Shown here piece after piece: positions 12,560 through 24,325 of a stretch of DNA of 64,000 nucleotides (its first letter is position 1; each line of letters opens with the position of its first letter). The translations under genes and the position numbers were made by a program. The DNA is taken from assembly GCA_054600435.1 (NCBI GenBank), contig BAAIJX010000057.1, positions 1 through 64,000 of the forward strand, read 5' to 3'. This DNA comes from Neophaeotheca triangularis. Its lineage: Eukaryota. The notes beneath the pieces were generated by a model. The model saw only the letters and a list, made by a program, of their open reading frames with translations, did not search any database and was not told the DNA's origin.

Positions 12560-13774
12560 TCAGTCTCCCGAGCCTGTGCTCGCGCTTGTTGCATGCACCT
12601 TCTCCGATAAGAGCAGATCCTCTACGCACTCAGCCGAGACGTTTCCCATACCGTGATGCACGATACCGCCGCAGTAGTGCGTCTTGATGGTACCCTCAAT
12701 ATGCTTCCCCATAGCCAATTTGGTCAGTCTCAATATGTGATGTATCTTCAATTTCGCAAAATCCGACGTCGGCGAAATGTTCTTCTTGAGCGTCTCAGCC
12801 AGGATGGTAATCGCAAAAGCTCTGTCCATGAAACAGATGCAAGCGCGGTTGTTGTAGTCCATAAAGGAGCGGAAGTGTTTGTCCCGCTTCATGGCATCTT
12901 CATCAACTGACTTCTCATCTGGCTGCATAACGAACTGGGGCTCTATGCCGGCACGCTCGGCAGCCTTTTGAATTAGTGACTGGAGGTCTTGCTGCGACCA
13001 GGACTTTGCGAGAACCTTGACCAGGATAGGCTTCATCTTCTGAAAGATCTTGGCCTTCGTCTTGAGGTTCTTGAAGATCTTGATGTTCTCGGGGCCAAAG
13101 TTAAACGACTGGTGCATCTTGCCAGCGTATGCTTCCTTTTGCGTTGACCCCTGTGGAAGTTAGCAAAGTCACTTTCAGACTGAAAGGCAGCATGCACTGA
13201 CGTATTGCTTGGCTCTTGTTGGCTGGTCACCGCCTGGCATATTGGTGGATAGCTGGATCTTAATGTCGCCGTCGTAGCTGAATGGTTTGACGATTGTGGT
13301 GTACATCTTGTCGTCGCTCCAAAGCTCTTTGCAGAACTTCTTGATGTCTTCGGTCGAGATGCGAGGGTCTTCTCTTGGCAGAAGGAACTGAACGTAGGGT
13401 CGGAAGCGCTCGACAAACGGATGATCCTTTTCTATAGCCTTCGCCTCGGTCGCGCAGTCCTTGCAAGGGCACTCGACCAGGAAAGGGTCTTCTGCTCTGC
13501 AAGGTTGAGAGTCGAAGGTGAAGATACCGTAATCATGAAGACGAAGAAGACCGGGCACCAGATGGTCGGTTTCGTGTTCCAGTTGGTGAGGGACGTATGG
13601 CGTGAGATGGATTTGCCGAACGAGGTACTTGCGGTTGAGTTGGAGGATGTCGTCGTACGTTTTGGCATTGTCCCACAAAGCTTGCTCCTGATGCTTCTCG
13701 TCGTCTGGCCGGACGTAGTGGGCCTTGAAGTACGCTGCCAGCTTTTCCATCTCAGGCTGCTGGGAGGATGCCAT
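12560..13774 (-). CDS. Hypothetical protein with a DUF6919-like N-terminal region; intron 13151-13201
   Basis: Two ORFs join in frame across a GTCAGT...GCTAAC...CAG intron. Motif LLRLHDYGIFTFDSQP...RPYVQFLLP. Confidence 0.6.
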
Positions 13775-14392
13775 CGTGACGGGGTCTCGGGGTCGTACGT
13801 GACGAGAGAGCAAGAGTTGTTGTGCCACCTGTCAGCTGGGTGAATTGACCTGATGAAAGTAGTTGGAGTGCAGGTGGTCAGAGGGGTTGGTTTGAAAGCA
13901 GTCCAGTAGCAGAAATGGTTGAGGTGTTAGCGTGCAGGTTGCCGGCGATGGCGTTCCAGCGTAGGCTCCAGTCGCGTGAAAGGCGTAGGCGTCCACGTCG
14001 CGTGATCTTGTGATCCAACACACCTTCCTCTTCTGTTGCGCGTTGAAACGCAGCGACAGTGTGTCTTCTTATATGTGCAACTTAACATGAGGTGGGCGGA
14101 GGCAAATCCAAGAAAGGGCAGGTGTGTGCCTGACTTTCATGCAGCTTTTCTTTCATCTGCGTCAATCCAACGTCCCCTTAGCCCGGGACAGAGTGCCCTA
14201 CAAAGCGCCTTGTGCCTGCCAACATTGTAGTGGATAGTCCAGGCCAGTGTCATGAAAGCGTCCTACAGCAGGCCAAAGCCATGCCCACAACTCGTCCACG
14301 AAACACCAATGTATCCCCTTCCATGGCCAATGCTCCTTACTCCAGCCCAATATCCAAACGAACCCCTTCAGTCAGACTCCTCAATCCCACCC

Positions 14393-14908
14393 TCACCAAA
14401 ACCCTCGCCCAGCCCCTGCACCCAGAGGCTGCTGCTTGCCCCTCGCCATCCGCGCCCCAGCCTCCTGATCCTTCCAATACTTATACTCCCGGCCCCAAGC
14501 CTCCATCCAATACCCAAAGTCGTTCATCACACCCTCCGGACCACGGGTATACAGCCACAAGCCCAACAACACGGCCCCTCCCCAAAAGACGATGCGCCAG
14601 GCCAGCCGCACCCAGAACATGACAGCCTGATAGAGCATGTTGAGGATTTTGAGCGAGATGAAGAAGATGACGAGTAGGAGGGCTATGGTCGCGAGGTCGG
14701 GTTTTTGCGTTAGGTTTGTGATGAGCGGGAGTAGGTAGGCGCGGGCGTAGGTTGTGAGGAGTGTCGTGTAGTTGAGGGCTTGGCGGAGGTAGGGGGAGTA
14801 GTCATTGTCGTTGGAGTGGAGGAAGTGGACGGCCCAGTCTTGGGAGGTGTGTTAGTGCGTCGGTCGTCGTGAGACGAAGGTCTGAGGCTTGCCTTGAACC
14901 ATGTCCAT
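14393..14908 (-). CDS. APQ12: Apq12-like nuclear envelope membrane protein; GC-AG intron 14839-14892
   Basis: Spliced product MDMVQDWAVHFL...PDLATIALLLVIFFISLKILNMLYQAVMFWVRLAWRIVFWGGAVLLGLWLYTRGPEG, with two TM segments in the Apq12 pattern. Confidence 0.75.
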
Positions 14909-15694
14909 GGCGATGGCTGTGGTGTGGTTTTCGGGATAGGAAAGTGGGCGTTTCTGGAGATGGAGTTCGGTGATGAAAGCGTTGGGTGCCCTGCGAGGGA
15001 TTCGAGATAGCTTTCAATGTGACAAGCAAGACAGTGAGCGGTGTAGAGTGTTTTGGAAGGGTCGTGTAAACATGTTGTTGATGTTATGTTGTCTATCACA
15101 TGCTGAGACAAAGTAGCTATATAGTGTGGAGAAACGATGGCCCGTGCATACATCGAGGTGAGGGTTTGGGGAGAGGTTGTGACCTACATATAACATTTAC
15201 ATATTGAAAGACCTGACAAGCTAGATAACCATAACGCCTCAAAGCCTTGAATGGGAAGATGTGCTCCAGCATGGCCTTTTCCAGAGGTGTCTTGCGGGTC
15301 CTGTTCGCTAGCAATGCCGCCACTGCTGAGGAAGAAACCACTCCAAGTTCCCGTTCAGCATCGCCAAAAAGAAGCGAGAGCTCCTAGTCATCTGTGTCTC
15401 GCCGTCCATCACTTCTGCCCCACTGTCAAAGAGTAAGAGTTCTGCAGGCCCCGCTACTCCCGTATAGAACTTTGATCTCCTTGAAAGTGAGAGGTTAAAA
15501 AACTTATTGCATTCAGACCTCTGGTATGGGATATATTTACGTATTGCCATTCTGTACATTTCCATTCTGTAATCGTAACGACAGTGCGAACATCAAAACG
15601 CAAAAATCCCGGGTATCCCGCTCGAAAACGCACGGCAACACAGCAATCAAAAGACACTTTACAGCAAGCGAGCCAGCGCTACCTGATGACATCC

Positions 15695-16918
15695 TCAAGC
15701 CAGCTCATGTCTGCCAACAGTACTGTCCTTGCTCCTGAGCGGTCTCCACCCATCCTCGCCATCGCTTCCACTGCTCTGTTCTCTCAAGCTCCTGCCCCTG
15801 CCCGCGTCGTCTGATCTCTCATCACCGCTGAAGTTGAACTCCGACATCTCCGACCACGAAGGGTAGTGTACTTGCGGAGAGTGTCTGCGTTGAGGGTGCT
15901 TGGCGGGCACGATGGGCGAGACCACGTCGTCCGCTTCGCCGTCTTCGGGCGACGAGAAGGGGTTGTCGTGGTGCACGGGTTGTTGGGCTTTGTTGCCCAT
16001 CATCATCATCATTGGGGAGAAGGGCGTGGGTGGTCGATCGGGGTTCGAGGACTCGGATGGTCGGGCCGTGGATGCTGAGCGTCTGGTTGTTTCGTGATCG
16101 TGGGCTAGCTCAGCGGGAGTGTGCTGCTCAGTGGTCGAATGGCTGTTGTGGTTCGAAGCCGCTGCTGCGGATCGGTCTTCCGGGGTGAAGAAAGGGTTGC
16201 CGTCGGAGTTTGAGGCTTGGGTGTATTGCCCGGCGAATGCGGGATGTTTGGCAATTGGGGGTGTACGGAAGTCCGAAGAGCGATTGTAGTGGTCGACCCA
16301 TTCTTGTGAAGGACCGCTGTGATGATTGTGGTTGTGGCCGTTGTTGGCGGCAACCATCTCGGGTTGAGAGTGTCGCCAGCCACCAATTTCGCTGTCAGTG
16401 ACGGAGCTTCTTCGTGCGTTGAAGTACGAGCCAGTGCTTCGTTTTCGGCGACGCATGCACCAGAAGAGAAAGCCCATCAATGCCAATGCAACGACTCCGA
16501 CGACTACCCCAACGATGATGCCGACACGGCGATCCAGTCCACCACTGCCTCCAGATCCCGACGCGCTTGCAGACTCTGACGCGGTGGGAGATGCTCCTGC
16601 GCTAGCTGCAGTCGATTGAGCTACAACGGAGCCACTTTCCGTTGTGAAGCCCGCTGGTGCCGAATTCGCGTTGTAAGTCGTGCCACCAATCACCATGCTC
16701 GATGATGGCGCGTTGTCGACATTATAAGTTTTGCCATCTATCACTACGGCTGATGGCCAGGTCAAAGCAGCGACGTCCGTTAGTGTGGCAGAAGGATAGT
16801 GTGATGACAAAAGGCCTTCTGCCTGCTCCAACAAGTGTCCCGGTACATCCGTGATGGTCGAGGAGGTCGAAGTTGTCGCCGATGCGGCTTCCTGCCTGGC
16901 AACAGTAGTGGTCGCCAT
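15695..16918 (-). CDS. Single-pass membrane protein: S/T-rich ectodomain, TM followed by RRRKR, disordered tail (Mid2/Skg6/Axl2-TM-like architecture)
   Basis: 407-aa ORF; VGIIVGVVVGVVALALMGFLFWCMRRRKR; NPF motifs in the tail. Confidence 0.8.
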   Translation of the reverse strand: MATTTVARQEAASATTSTSSTITDVPGHLLEQAEGLLSSHYPSATLTDVAALTWPSAVVIDGKTYNVDNAPSSSMVIGGTTYNANSAPAGFTTESGSVVAQSTAASAGASPTASESASASGSGGSGGLDRRVGIIVGVVVGVVALALMGFLFWCMRRRKRSTGSYFNARRSSVTDSEIGGWRHSQPEMVAANNGHNHNHHSGPSQEWVDHYNRSSDFRTPPIAKHPAFAGQYTQASNSDGNPFFTPEDRSAAAASNHNSHSTTEQHTPAELAHDHETTRRSASTARPSESSNPDRPPTPFSPMMMMMGNKAQQPVHHDNPFSSPEDGEADDVVSPIVPAKHPQRRHSPQVHYPSWSEMSEFNFSGDERSDDAGRGRSLREQSSGSDGEDGWRPLRSKDSTVGRHELA

Positions 16919-17994
16919 TATGATGGGCGCTCACACTAGCGAGAACTGATAAACGTCCGTCGACAAAAAAGCTAGGATGAAAAGCTACTCCGTTGGAAAT
17001 AGTAAAAGTGGGAAAGTGTGATGCTCGAAGGGAATATCTCGAGCAGAGAGTGTAAGTACAATGGCAAGAAGGAAGGGAAAAGATGTGCGGGTCTGAAACA
17101 AGATAACCAGAGAGGGTGACGGTCACGGTATACTTGGTGGGTGCTCTTGGAAACCCTGGGGAGCTGGCAGAGAGAAGCAGGAGAAGAGTTCCAGATGTTA
17201 CGGCACAGCGCCGTCGAAAGAGTCCCTACATCAATCCGGAAGCCTTTTCCACCCGTGGACCTGTTGAGCAAGGACATATGACGATCGCATATTGTTTCCC
17301 ACCTATCTTCGAGACGCTACTGGCAGAAACGACGGTAATGGCGGTAAGCGAAGGGACTTGACAGCTGCCAGGAGATATTCCTAGTGGCTCACAAGGCCGA
17401 TACATCATCTTCAGGGTCCTCTCCTCTGCAGGGTGAGGTGTAGTCCGGGTATGAAGCCAGTCGCCAAGATGGAAGACGTCGAGAGAACTCTCCAGAGTCT
17501 CCACTTCTCGTCGAACGTGGCCGCACGAGCAGGGGAGGTGTGGCGCCAATGCCTTGTTTGTGCAGTCTAGCCACATTGATCAGCGACATCCTTACCGAAG
17601 AGAGCTGACATGATGTTCGAAACCGTCGGTTGGCTTGCGAGGGGGTTGGATATCGAAGCTGAAACCTGCTTTTTGATGTGGCTGTGCAAGGCATGTTCGT
17701 CAGGTGCCATGGATTCAGGGCTCAGCTGTGGCGCTTACACACATTAACTTAGGTTGACGTAGGTAGAGTGTTGGTTCGACCACACGTGCAGGTGCCTTCC
17801 GGGGAAATCGCCTACCGCCTCCTAAGCGAGGAGGTATACAGGGTATGCCCTATATTGCTTCTAGCTCCTATCACAGAAAACCTTGGGCATCAGGTGTGAT
17901 GAAGAAAGCCTGAACCCGCAGTGTCTAAGCTTGGTGTTGGAGGTGCTGTTTTGACAAACACCATATACGCTAAACCATGTCACGTGAGTTAATC

Positions 17995-18067
17995 GCCCTG
18001 CTGGCGCAATGGCTAGCGCACTTGACTTCTAATCAAGAGGTTGCCAGTTCGAGTCTGGCGTAGGGCT
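17995..18067 (+). tRNA. tRNA-Arg(UCU), intronless
   Basis: Acceptor stem GCCCTGC/GTAGGGC, D arm GCGC..GCGC, anticodon arm CTTGA-CTTCTAA-TCAAG, T arm GCCAG-TTCGAGT-CTGGC, T-runs downstream. Confidence 0.95.
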
Positions 18068-18526
18068 CTCATTCTGCGATGCAGAGAGGGCTGAATCACT
18101 TTATTTTTGCGCTTTTTTCTTTCTACCTTTTTACCAGATCTCAAATCATTTTGCAATGCTTCCGGGTTCCTTTTTGCAACTTCCAGCTTTACGCTTGCTC
18201 TTGCATTAGTCTTGACCTTCAGTAGCGAGTTCGACACCCGATCCGGATTTCTAACAAGCCAGCGAGTTTGAGATGCATGGATCCTCTCGCTATGCCTTTC
18301 GACTTCGTTTATCCTCTACGACAACCTGAGGCTGGGAACAGGAAACACGGAAACAATAAGAAGCAAGACTCAATCGGTATGCATTATGCAAGATCTATGA
18401 ACACAAATATACACAAGCAACAAACCCCACCAACACCACGCTTTCAAGAAGATATAAAACAAAAGCAAAGATACAACCAAACCAACCTCCACCCTCTTCC
18501 ACTCACTCCCTCATCACCCGCTCAAC

Positions 18527-20458
18527 TCACAACTCATCCCTCCTCCTGACGCTAGGCACGGGCCCGCGCTCAAAAGCCTGCAAAGTCCACGTCCTAGGCG
18601 GCACCGGATACCCCAGCCAAGCATTCCAAGCCCTCCTGGCCTCGAGCGCGAAAATCTCGGCCCCCGTTATCGGCAACCGCGCCCAGCTTTTGAGAACGTA
18701 GACCCAGGTGCGGAACACGAGGTCGAGTTCTTGCCAGAAGATTTCGCCGACGGTTTGGGGGCGGGCGGGTGGGTCGGCTGGCCAGTCGTCCAGGGCGTCT
18801 AGATCGTCTAGGTCGTCGAGGCTGGAGCGGGGTTGGGTGGTGGGTGGTTTGGGGACTGGTGAGGCGTTTGAGATGACGGGCTGGACTTGGGGTTGGGACT
18901 GCTCGTTCTCCATGACCATCATGGCTCGGAATTCCTCTAGTGCTTTGAGAGCTGCGGAGATCTTGTCGAGAGTGTTGATCAGCGCAACCAACTCCGTGCG
19001 TCTGAGAAGAGGTTTCGAATTCTCGACGTCCCCGTGACCAAACTCAAACAGCACTTTCAACGCCGTGCCGAAACCATTCGTCTGCAACTTCCCCCACAAT
19101 CGACACTTGTCGCAACCCACGCAATCCATGATCCTACTCACGTTGCGGAAGCGATTCCGGAAATCCTCCTTCAGCTCGATGCCATTCTGGCCGCCGGCGT
19201 CGGTGAACATGACGCTCTCGTCGAAAATGCGAGGGCCAGCTGGTATGGCGTCGGCGAGGGTCGCAATCATCTTTTTAGTCTTGGCATCCGATGCCGGGTC
19301 TCCCGTGCAGAATGTGTAGTCGGCCACGTAGTCGCGCAGCTTGCCCACGGCGCGCAGCACAAAGGCGTAGTTGAAGTAGAGGTTGGAGATGCGCTCTGGG
19401 TGGGCGTGCAAGCGCTCTTTGTAGCACTCTAGATTCGGGCCCCATTCACCCGTGCTTTGGTTTAGGTAGTCGTGGCATAGGTGCGTGGAGATGGAGGCGT
19501 GCATGCCGGACACTACGCGGTAGAAGACGCGTTTTTCCAGGCATTCGTCTTCAGCTTCGTAGGCATCCTCGCCCGAACCGGAGCTGAAGGCCTGAAGACG
19601 GTCGTGTGCCTTCATCACTTGCCGAAAGTCAAGAGCGGCTTGCGCTTGGTTCTGGTTGGGGGAGAGAAGACTGCCGGCGTGCGGCACGGAAAGCCCATCT
19701 GCAGGACTCGCACCAACCTCCGCTTGAGAGATGGACCGCGGCCGTGAAAAGCAGTTCTCCCGGTAAATGGCCTCCCAAACCTGGTGCGCGCCTTCACCGG
19801 CATAGCCCGTGAACCGCTCAGGGTTATCCACCAAACTGACATAATCGCCCTTGGCACTCGCGCTCTCGTCCTCGGGAACACAATAGTCCCTCTCGTCACA
19901 CTCATCATCGTACTCCACAACACAGCTCTCGCCAACGCCCTCGCCCAGCTCCCCCATCAAAGGCCTCTGCCGCTCCCTCTGCTGCTTGCGCCCTGGATGC
20001 TGCGCCTTGGGCCCCTCCAGCCGGCTCAACTCCTTGGCCCGCCATATTTCCGGCACGTCTTCCTCGTTCTCCAAAGTCGTCACTGCACAGGCCCTGTTGC
20101 CGCAAAGTCCATTCTCATCGTCCCAGAATGGACACTTTTTGTTATAAAGATTGAGTCGGTAGTAGGAGAAGAAGTCGGTGTTGTTGGCGAGGTTACGCAC
20201 GTAGGGGTGCAGGCGGTCATTTAGCGAGTCAAGGTCGGCGTACGAAGCGCAGGCGTCGGAGACTTTGGTTGTGGGTTCGAACTGCCAGGGTTTAGTTTGG
20301 GAGGGGTGGGGGCAGGGATGGTGAGGGGGATTTGGGCTTACGGCGCAGACGTCTGGGCTTGTGTGGGAAGAGGCAGGGGAGGCGGTTTGGGCGATGCAGT
20401 CGTTGGTGAAGAGGGCGAAGACTGCAAGGTAGAAGGCTGATATGGAGGGGTTCCTCAT
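18527..20458 (-). CDS. ERO1: ER oxidoreductin Ero1; 60-nt in-frame intron 20282-20341
   Basis: Signal peptide, FFSYYRLNL..CPFW..CGNRAC, NPERFTGY, SGMHASIS, CVGCDKCRLWGK, C-terminal RDEL. Confidence 0.96.
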   Translation of the reverse strand: MRNPSISAFYLAVFALFTNDCIAQTASPASSHTSPDVCAVSPNPPHHPCPHPSQTKPWQFEPTTKVSDACASYADLDSLNDRLHPYVRNLANNTDFFSYYRLNLYNKKCPFWDDENGLCGNRACAVTTLENEEDVPEIWRAKELSRLEGPKAQHPGRKQQRERQRPLMGELGEGVGESCVVEYDDECDERDYCVPEDESASAKGDYVSLVDNPERFTGYAGEGAHQVWEAIYRENCFSRPRSISQAEVGASPADGLSVPHAGSLLSPNQNQAQAALDFRQVMKAHDRLQAFSSGSGEDAYEAEDECLEKRVFYRVVSGMHASISTHLCHDYLNQSTGEWGPNLECYKERLHAHPERISNLYFNYAFVLRAVGKLRDYVADYTFCTGDPASDAKTKKMIATLADAIPAGPRIFDESVMFTDAGGQNGIELKEDFRNRFRNVSRIMDCVGCDKCRLWGKLQTNGFGTALKVLFEFGHGDVENSKPLLRRTELVALINTLDKISAALKALEEFRAMMVMENEQSQPQVQPVISNASPVPKPPTTQPRSSLDDLDDLDALDDWPADPPARPQTVGEIFWQELDLVFRTWVYVLKSWARLPITGAEIFALEARRAWNAWLGYPVPPRTWTLQAFERGPVPSVRRRDEL

Positions 20459-21727
20459 GGTGGGCGATGTGGTATGTGTATGCTTCTTGTGGTGCCAGAC
20501 GTCAGCGCTGTTGCTGGGTAGGAGGGGTTTCGGACGCATTGTATGTACCTTTGAGGGCTTCTATATCGAAATCACATGCGTCGGGTTTTCTATTGACATT
20601 CCCATGCGAATATGATGACAGAGTTGAAAGAACAGCAACGGGACAAAGAATGCCTTTACTCAGATCGGGTTAGAACAAATCGTCTTTGGTCAATAGTGGT
20701 CGAACGAGTGACGGAAAGGAAAAGAAAGACGACGAGAGAGGAATAGAAGGAGAGGGAGTCTTGTACAGGGCCAACAATGAGGTTACGTGGTGAATACTGT
20801 ATAGCAATTCACCAGGTACTGTATTGTATGCAAGTGTACACATTGCACATGCTATTAGTAGCAGTTGGTCCTGACAAACCCGACGCCACACCGGAACTCA
20901 CTCGAATCGAGTTGAAACGTGGCTGTGTGTGAGAGTGAGGGAGGTCCTGTCACTCCCGCTCCTGTCCGCAAGCGCAACGAGCAGCGGCCCGTGCAGCCAA
21001 GAGATGGATACCTTATCTTTCAATTTGCAACTTCGCCCCTCCTCATCAGACCACAAGTCTCCCTACCTCCCGGACGAAAAAACAACCAAACCCTCGACAC
21101 GCCTGGCTCGCAACTCCTCACCAAGAAAGTAAGCCATCTTCTCCTCCCGAATAGCCTAGTCTATTCACCCGCACCTACCAATAAAACATAAAAAATGATG
21201 AGATCCATCAAAACACCCAAAAATTATCTTTAGGAAGAGCCGGAAAAGGCATGGCAGGTATCGACACATACCCGTCGTCGATGCTTAGAAATGGGAGTCT
21301 GAAAAAAGCGCAAAAGCCGAGAGACTCTTAACGCTTGCACTGCGCAATAGCTACGATGCTGGAAATTGACCGGATAATGTTTGCATCTTACTGACAATCT
21401 CGGCTGTGCAGGTATTGCTTTTGTTCGTGTACACGTTTCTTGCTCTCGTGGGTGGGAGTCTGGAAACACTCAGCCAGGGTCGTGTGTGTCATGAGAGGGT
21501 TTACGGATGGGTGGTTAAATAGTTATACAGCAGCTCTCTATCGTTTTCCGACGTGATTGTAACAAGCGCGCAAAACCTCTACATCCATTCTAGCGAAAAA
21601 GGTTTTTCCCGCCATCACCAGCCAACTGCCTCCCTTCCCATCTAGAGCTACAGGTACAAGCCACGCACCACGCGGTGTTGGAAACCAAAATGCCCAGACA
21701 CCTCGCCACATACTCAACCTCCTCAAG

Positions 21728-24325
21728 TCATTTCACATCCGTGCCCTCCCGCAAAGGCACATCATCCCTATACCTACTCCCCCTGCCCTTCTCGTCCACC
21801 TCGCTCTCGGCCCCGCTCTCATCGCTCTCGCCATCGTGCAGCCCAAAAGCCCCGCCATCTTCATCCTCGCTGCCTCCCGCAAAAGCGTCATACAATTCGC
21901 CCGCCCGTCTGGGCCTGCCTCTGCCCGTCGTAGCTCCCGCGGCGGCACCTCTCGCACCGGCATTGGGGTCATCGTAACCCTCGCCCCCTTCTGTGTCCTC
22001 GCGGTTCACGAGCTCAAAGTCGTACTCCTGGTTGTTCATCCAGCGCGTCTTGCGACGGTGGTGGTACCAGTATCCCGCGATACAGCTCAGGAAGATGATT
22101 ATCAGGACCAAGGTACCGTAGATCCAGATTTGCGTGTGCTTGTTGACGCCGAAAGTGGGAAATGGACGAGGTAGGAAATTGGAAGCGTCCGAGGAGTCGG
22201 TGGGTTTGCTTTTGTCGGGCTGGTCTTCAGGCGGGGTTGGGGGGAGGGTGCCGGTGGGGACGCCGGCGGCGTCGGTGGGGAGGGATGGGGTGGTGCTGAC
22301 TTTGTTGTTGATGGGGCGGTGAGGGTGGTCTGTGGGGTTGCCGGCCGGAGCACCGGTGTCGGTGGGTACGGCGATGGAGGTTGTGCTGGGGATGACCGAA
22401 GTGCGGATATTGTCTTCGTGGTCGTCGTCGTCGTGTTCGGTTGGCATTGGGAGGAGGGTTTGCGACTCGGCGTCTATGCACTCGCCCCAGAGGCGCAATT
22501 TCCAGTCGGTGAAGACGCCAGAGTGCTCATTGATGTTGGTGTCTTTGACGATCACGGTCCATTTGCCGATGCCGGATTCACCCCAGTGTGCGACGGACAT
22601 GAACGTCCAGTCGACGTAGCCGGCGTTGGCCTCGTCACTGCGGCGAGTGGTGGCAATGTGCGAGACGAAACCATCAGGGCTTTTGAGCTCGACGGAAAGG
22701 TCACCCCGGCGGGTGTGCTCTACGTTCATTGTGACAGTGACGTGCTCTATGCGTTCAAAGTTGGCCTTCTTGAGCATGTCCTCCTTCACTTCAAAAGAAC
22801 TGGCTAGTCCCTTGTCGCCCTGAGGAATCTTGTGCTCGACATGCATCCATGGCGAGAAAAACCAAGCTTGTGGTTTCACATTCGTCCAATTCTTGGCGGA
22901 CTCAACCAGCGCCCAAGCGTCTGCTTTGCCGTAGCCGAATTGGTGAGAAAATTCCTTCCCAATGCCCTTGTTCATCACCCAGTCGCTCGGCTGGTCGATC
23001 TTGACGGCAGTCAGGGCAGTGATCCACTGTATGTCTCTCCACGTGAGAGTGGGATTGACTTCGAGCATGAGAGCGTACATTCCTGCTACGAGCGGGCCTG
23101 CAGCTGATGTACCTCCATGATTTGTATAGCATTGATCGAGGCCAACATCCGTAGTGTGGATGGCATCTCCAGAGCCGCTGGAGTAGGTGACTACCAGCTG
23201 GGCTGAGCACTTCTCCGAATAGTAAGGGTGCAGTCCTTTGCGGTCAATGCCGCCAACACTTACGCTATAGATAGAATTGGTATATCCATCAAAATTGCAG
23301 TTGTCGTCGTTGGCAGCACCATTACCGCAAGCGAACACAAAGATTGAGCCTAGACCCTGACGCCCTTTTTGGATGCCAGTCAACATGGCGCGCCTAATCA
23401 GGATTCCCGGCTGTTCCATGCTTTGGCCGTCGTCTGGCGGGCCCCACGAGCAAGAATATATCTGGTTGCTCTGAAAGCCGTAGTTTAGAGCAATCGCTTC
23501 GTCTGCGTCGCTAATCACTTTGGACAATATCCGCACACCAGAGACCTTGCCATCGTATGCCACTCCCACGCCGCACACGTCGTTTCTCACTGCAGAAATC
23601 TCACCCGCGCATCTCGTGCCGTGCTTATCGTCACTGAGTCGCGGTTTGGGATCGTCCACATGATCGTTGAAATCGTAAGAGCCTTCGCGGAAGTAATTGG
23701 CCTTGAGGTCGTTCGAGTCCATGTCCAGGCCATCGTCCACAATACAGACGGTGCTGTTCTTTCCCGTGACCCCTTGCTGCCACACGCCCGTAACGTTGAT
23801 GTCGTGTCCAGGTTGAGCCGCATTGTACAGGTGCCATTGCTCTTGGTAGATGGGATCTTCAATTTCCAACTCTTTCGCGATATCCAGCCCTTTTTGGACC
23901 AAGGAATCCACTTGAGGTGCAGCTGGACTAAGGTCATCGGCCAAAGAATCCTTTGTGAAGCTGTGATCGCGCTTCACAAGAGGAAAACGTTTGTGCAGTT
24001 CTTGTTTTTGGGAGAGCAGAATATGGTCGAGAAGATGAGGAGTATCCCATCCTGTCGAACGTTTCCTTCTTCTTTGGTTGAGATTTGCGATCTCGGTGTT
24101 GACATGGTCGTAGCCATGCGATCGCGTGGTTCGGAAAAGATGGTGGTCGTCGAGCTCGCCGAGCTTGCCGTCGTATGTGAGGCCAAGGTGTTGGGCGAGG
24201 GCAGAAGGGTCGGCATCTGGTCGCAAATGCAGGGCGTAGTAGTCGTGTGTCTCGTAGTCTCGTGCATAAGTGACTCCTGCTAGACAGCACCCCGCCAGCA
24301 GCAGCGCAGTCCGTGGCCACTTCAT
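21728..24325 (-). CDS. KEX2: Kexin proprotein convertase (S8B)
   Basis: Signal peptide, VDDG, HGTRCAGEI, GNG, HGGTSAA, P-domain RRGDL, S/T-rich linker, TM, acidic tail with YDFE and LYDAF. Confidence 0.96.
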   Translation of the reverse strand: MKWPRTALLLAGCCLAGVTYARDYETHDYYALHLRPDADPSALAQHLGLTYDGKLGELDDHHLFRTTRSHGYDHVNTEIANLNQRRRKRSTGWDTPHLLDHILLSQKQELHKRFPLVKRDHSFTKDSLADDLSPAAPQVDSLVQKGLDIAKELEIEDPIYQEQWHLYNAAQPGHDINVTGVWQQGVTGKNSTVCIVDDGLDMDSNDLKANYFREGSYDFNDHVDDPKPRLSDDKHGTRCAGEISAVRNDVCGVGVAYDGKVSGVRILSKVISDADEAIALNYGFQSNQIYSCSWGPPDDGQSMEQPGILIRRAMLTGIQKGRQGLGSIFVFACGNGAANDDNCNFDGYTNSIYSVSVGGIDRKGLHPYYSEKCSAQLVVTYSSGSGDAIHTTDVGLDQCYTNHGGTSAAGPLVAGMYALMLEVNPTLTWRDIQWITALTAVKIDQPSDWVMNKGIGKEFSHQFGYGKADAWALVESAKNWTNVKPQAWFFSPWMHVEHKIPQGDKGLASSFEVKEDMLKKANFERIEHVTVTMNVEHTRRGDLSVELKSPDGFVSHIATTRRSDEANAGYVDWTFMSVAHWGESGIGKWTVIVKDTNINEHSGVFTDWKLRLWGECIDAESQTLLPMPTEHDDDDHEDNIRTSVIPSTTSIAVPTDTGAPAGNPTDHPHRPINNKVSTTPSLPTDAAGVPTGTLPPTPPEDQPDKSKPTDSSDASNFLPRPFPTFGVNKHTQIWIYGTLVLIIIFLSCIAGYWYHHRRKTRWMNNQEYDFELVNREDTEGGEGYDDPNAGARGAAAGATTGRGRPRRAGELYDAFAGGSEDEDGGAFGLHDGESDESGAESEVDEKGRGSRYRDDVPLREGTDVK

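Noticed and set aside
21728..24325. Kexin as the activating subtilisin-like protease for the gasdermin-like gene
   Set aside because: It is the ordinary Golgi-lumenal housekeeping Kex2, about 25 kb away. The adjacent CHAT gene is the more parsimonious partner.
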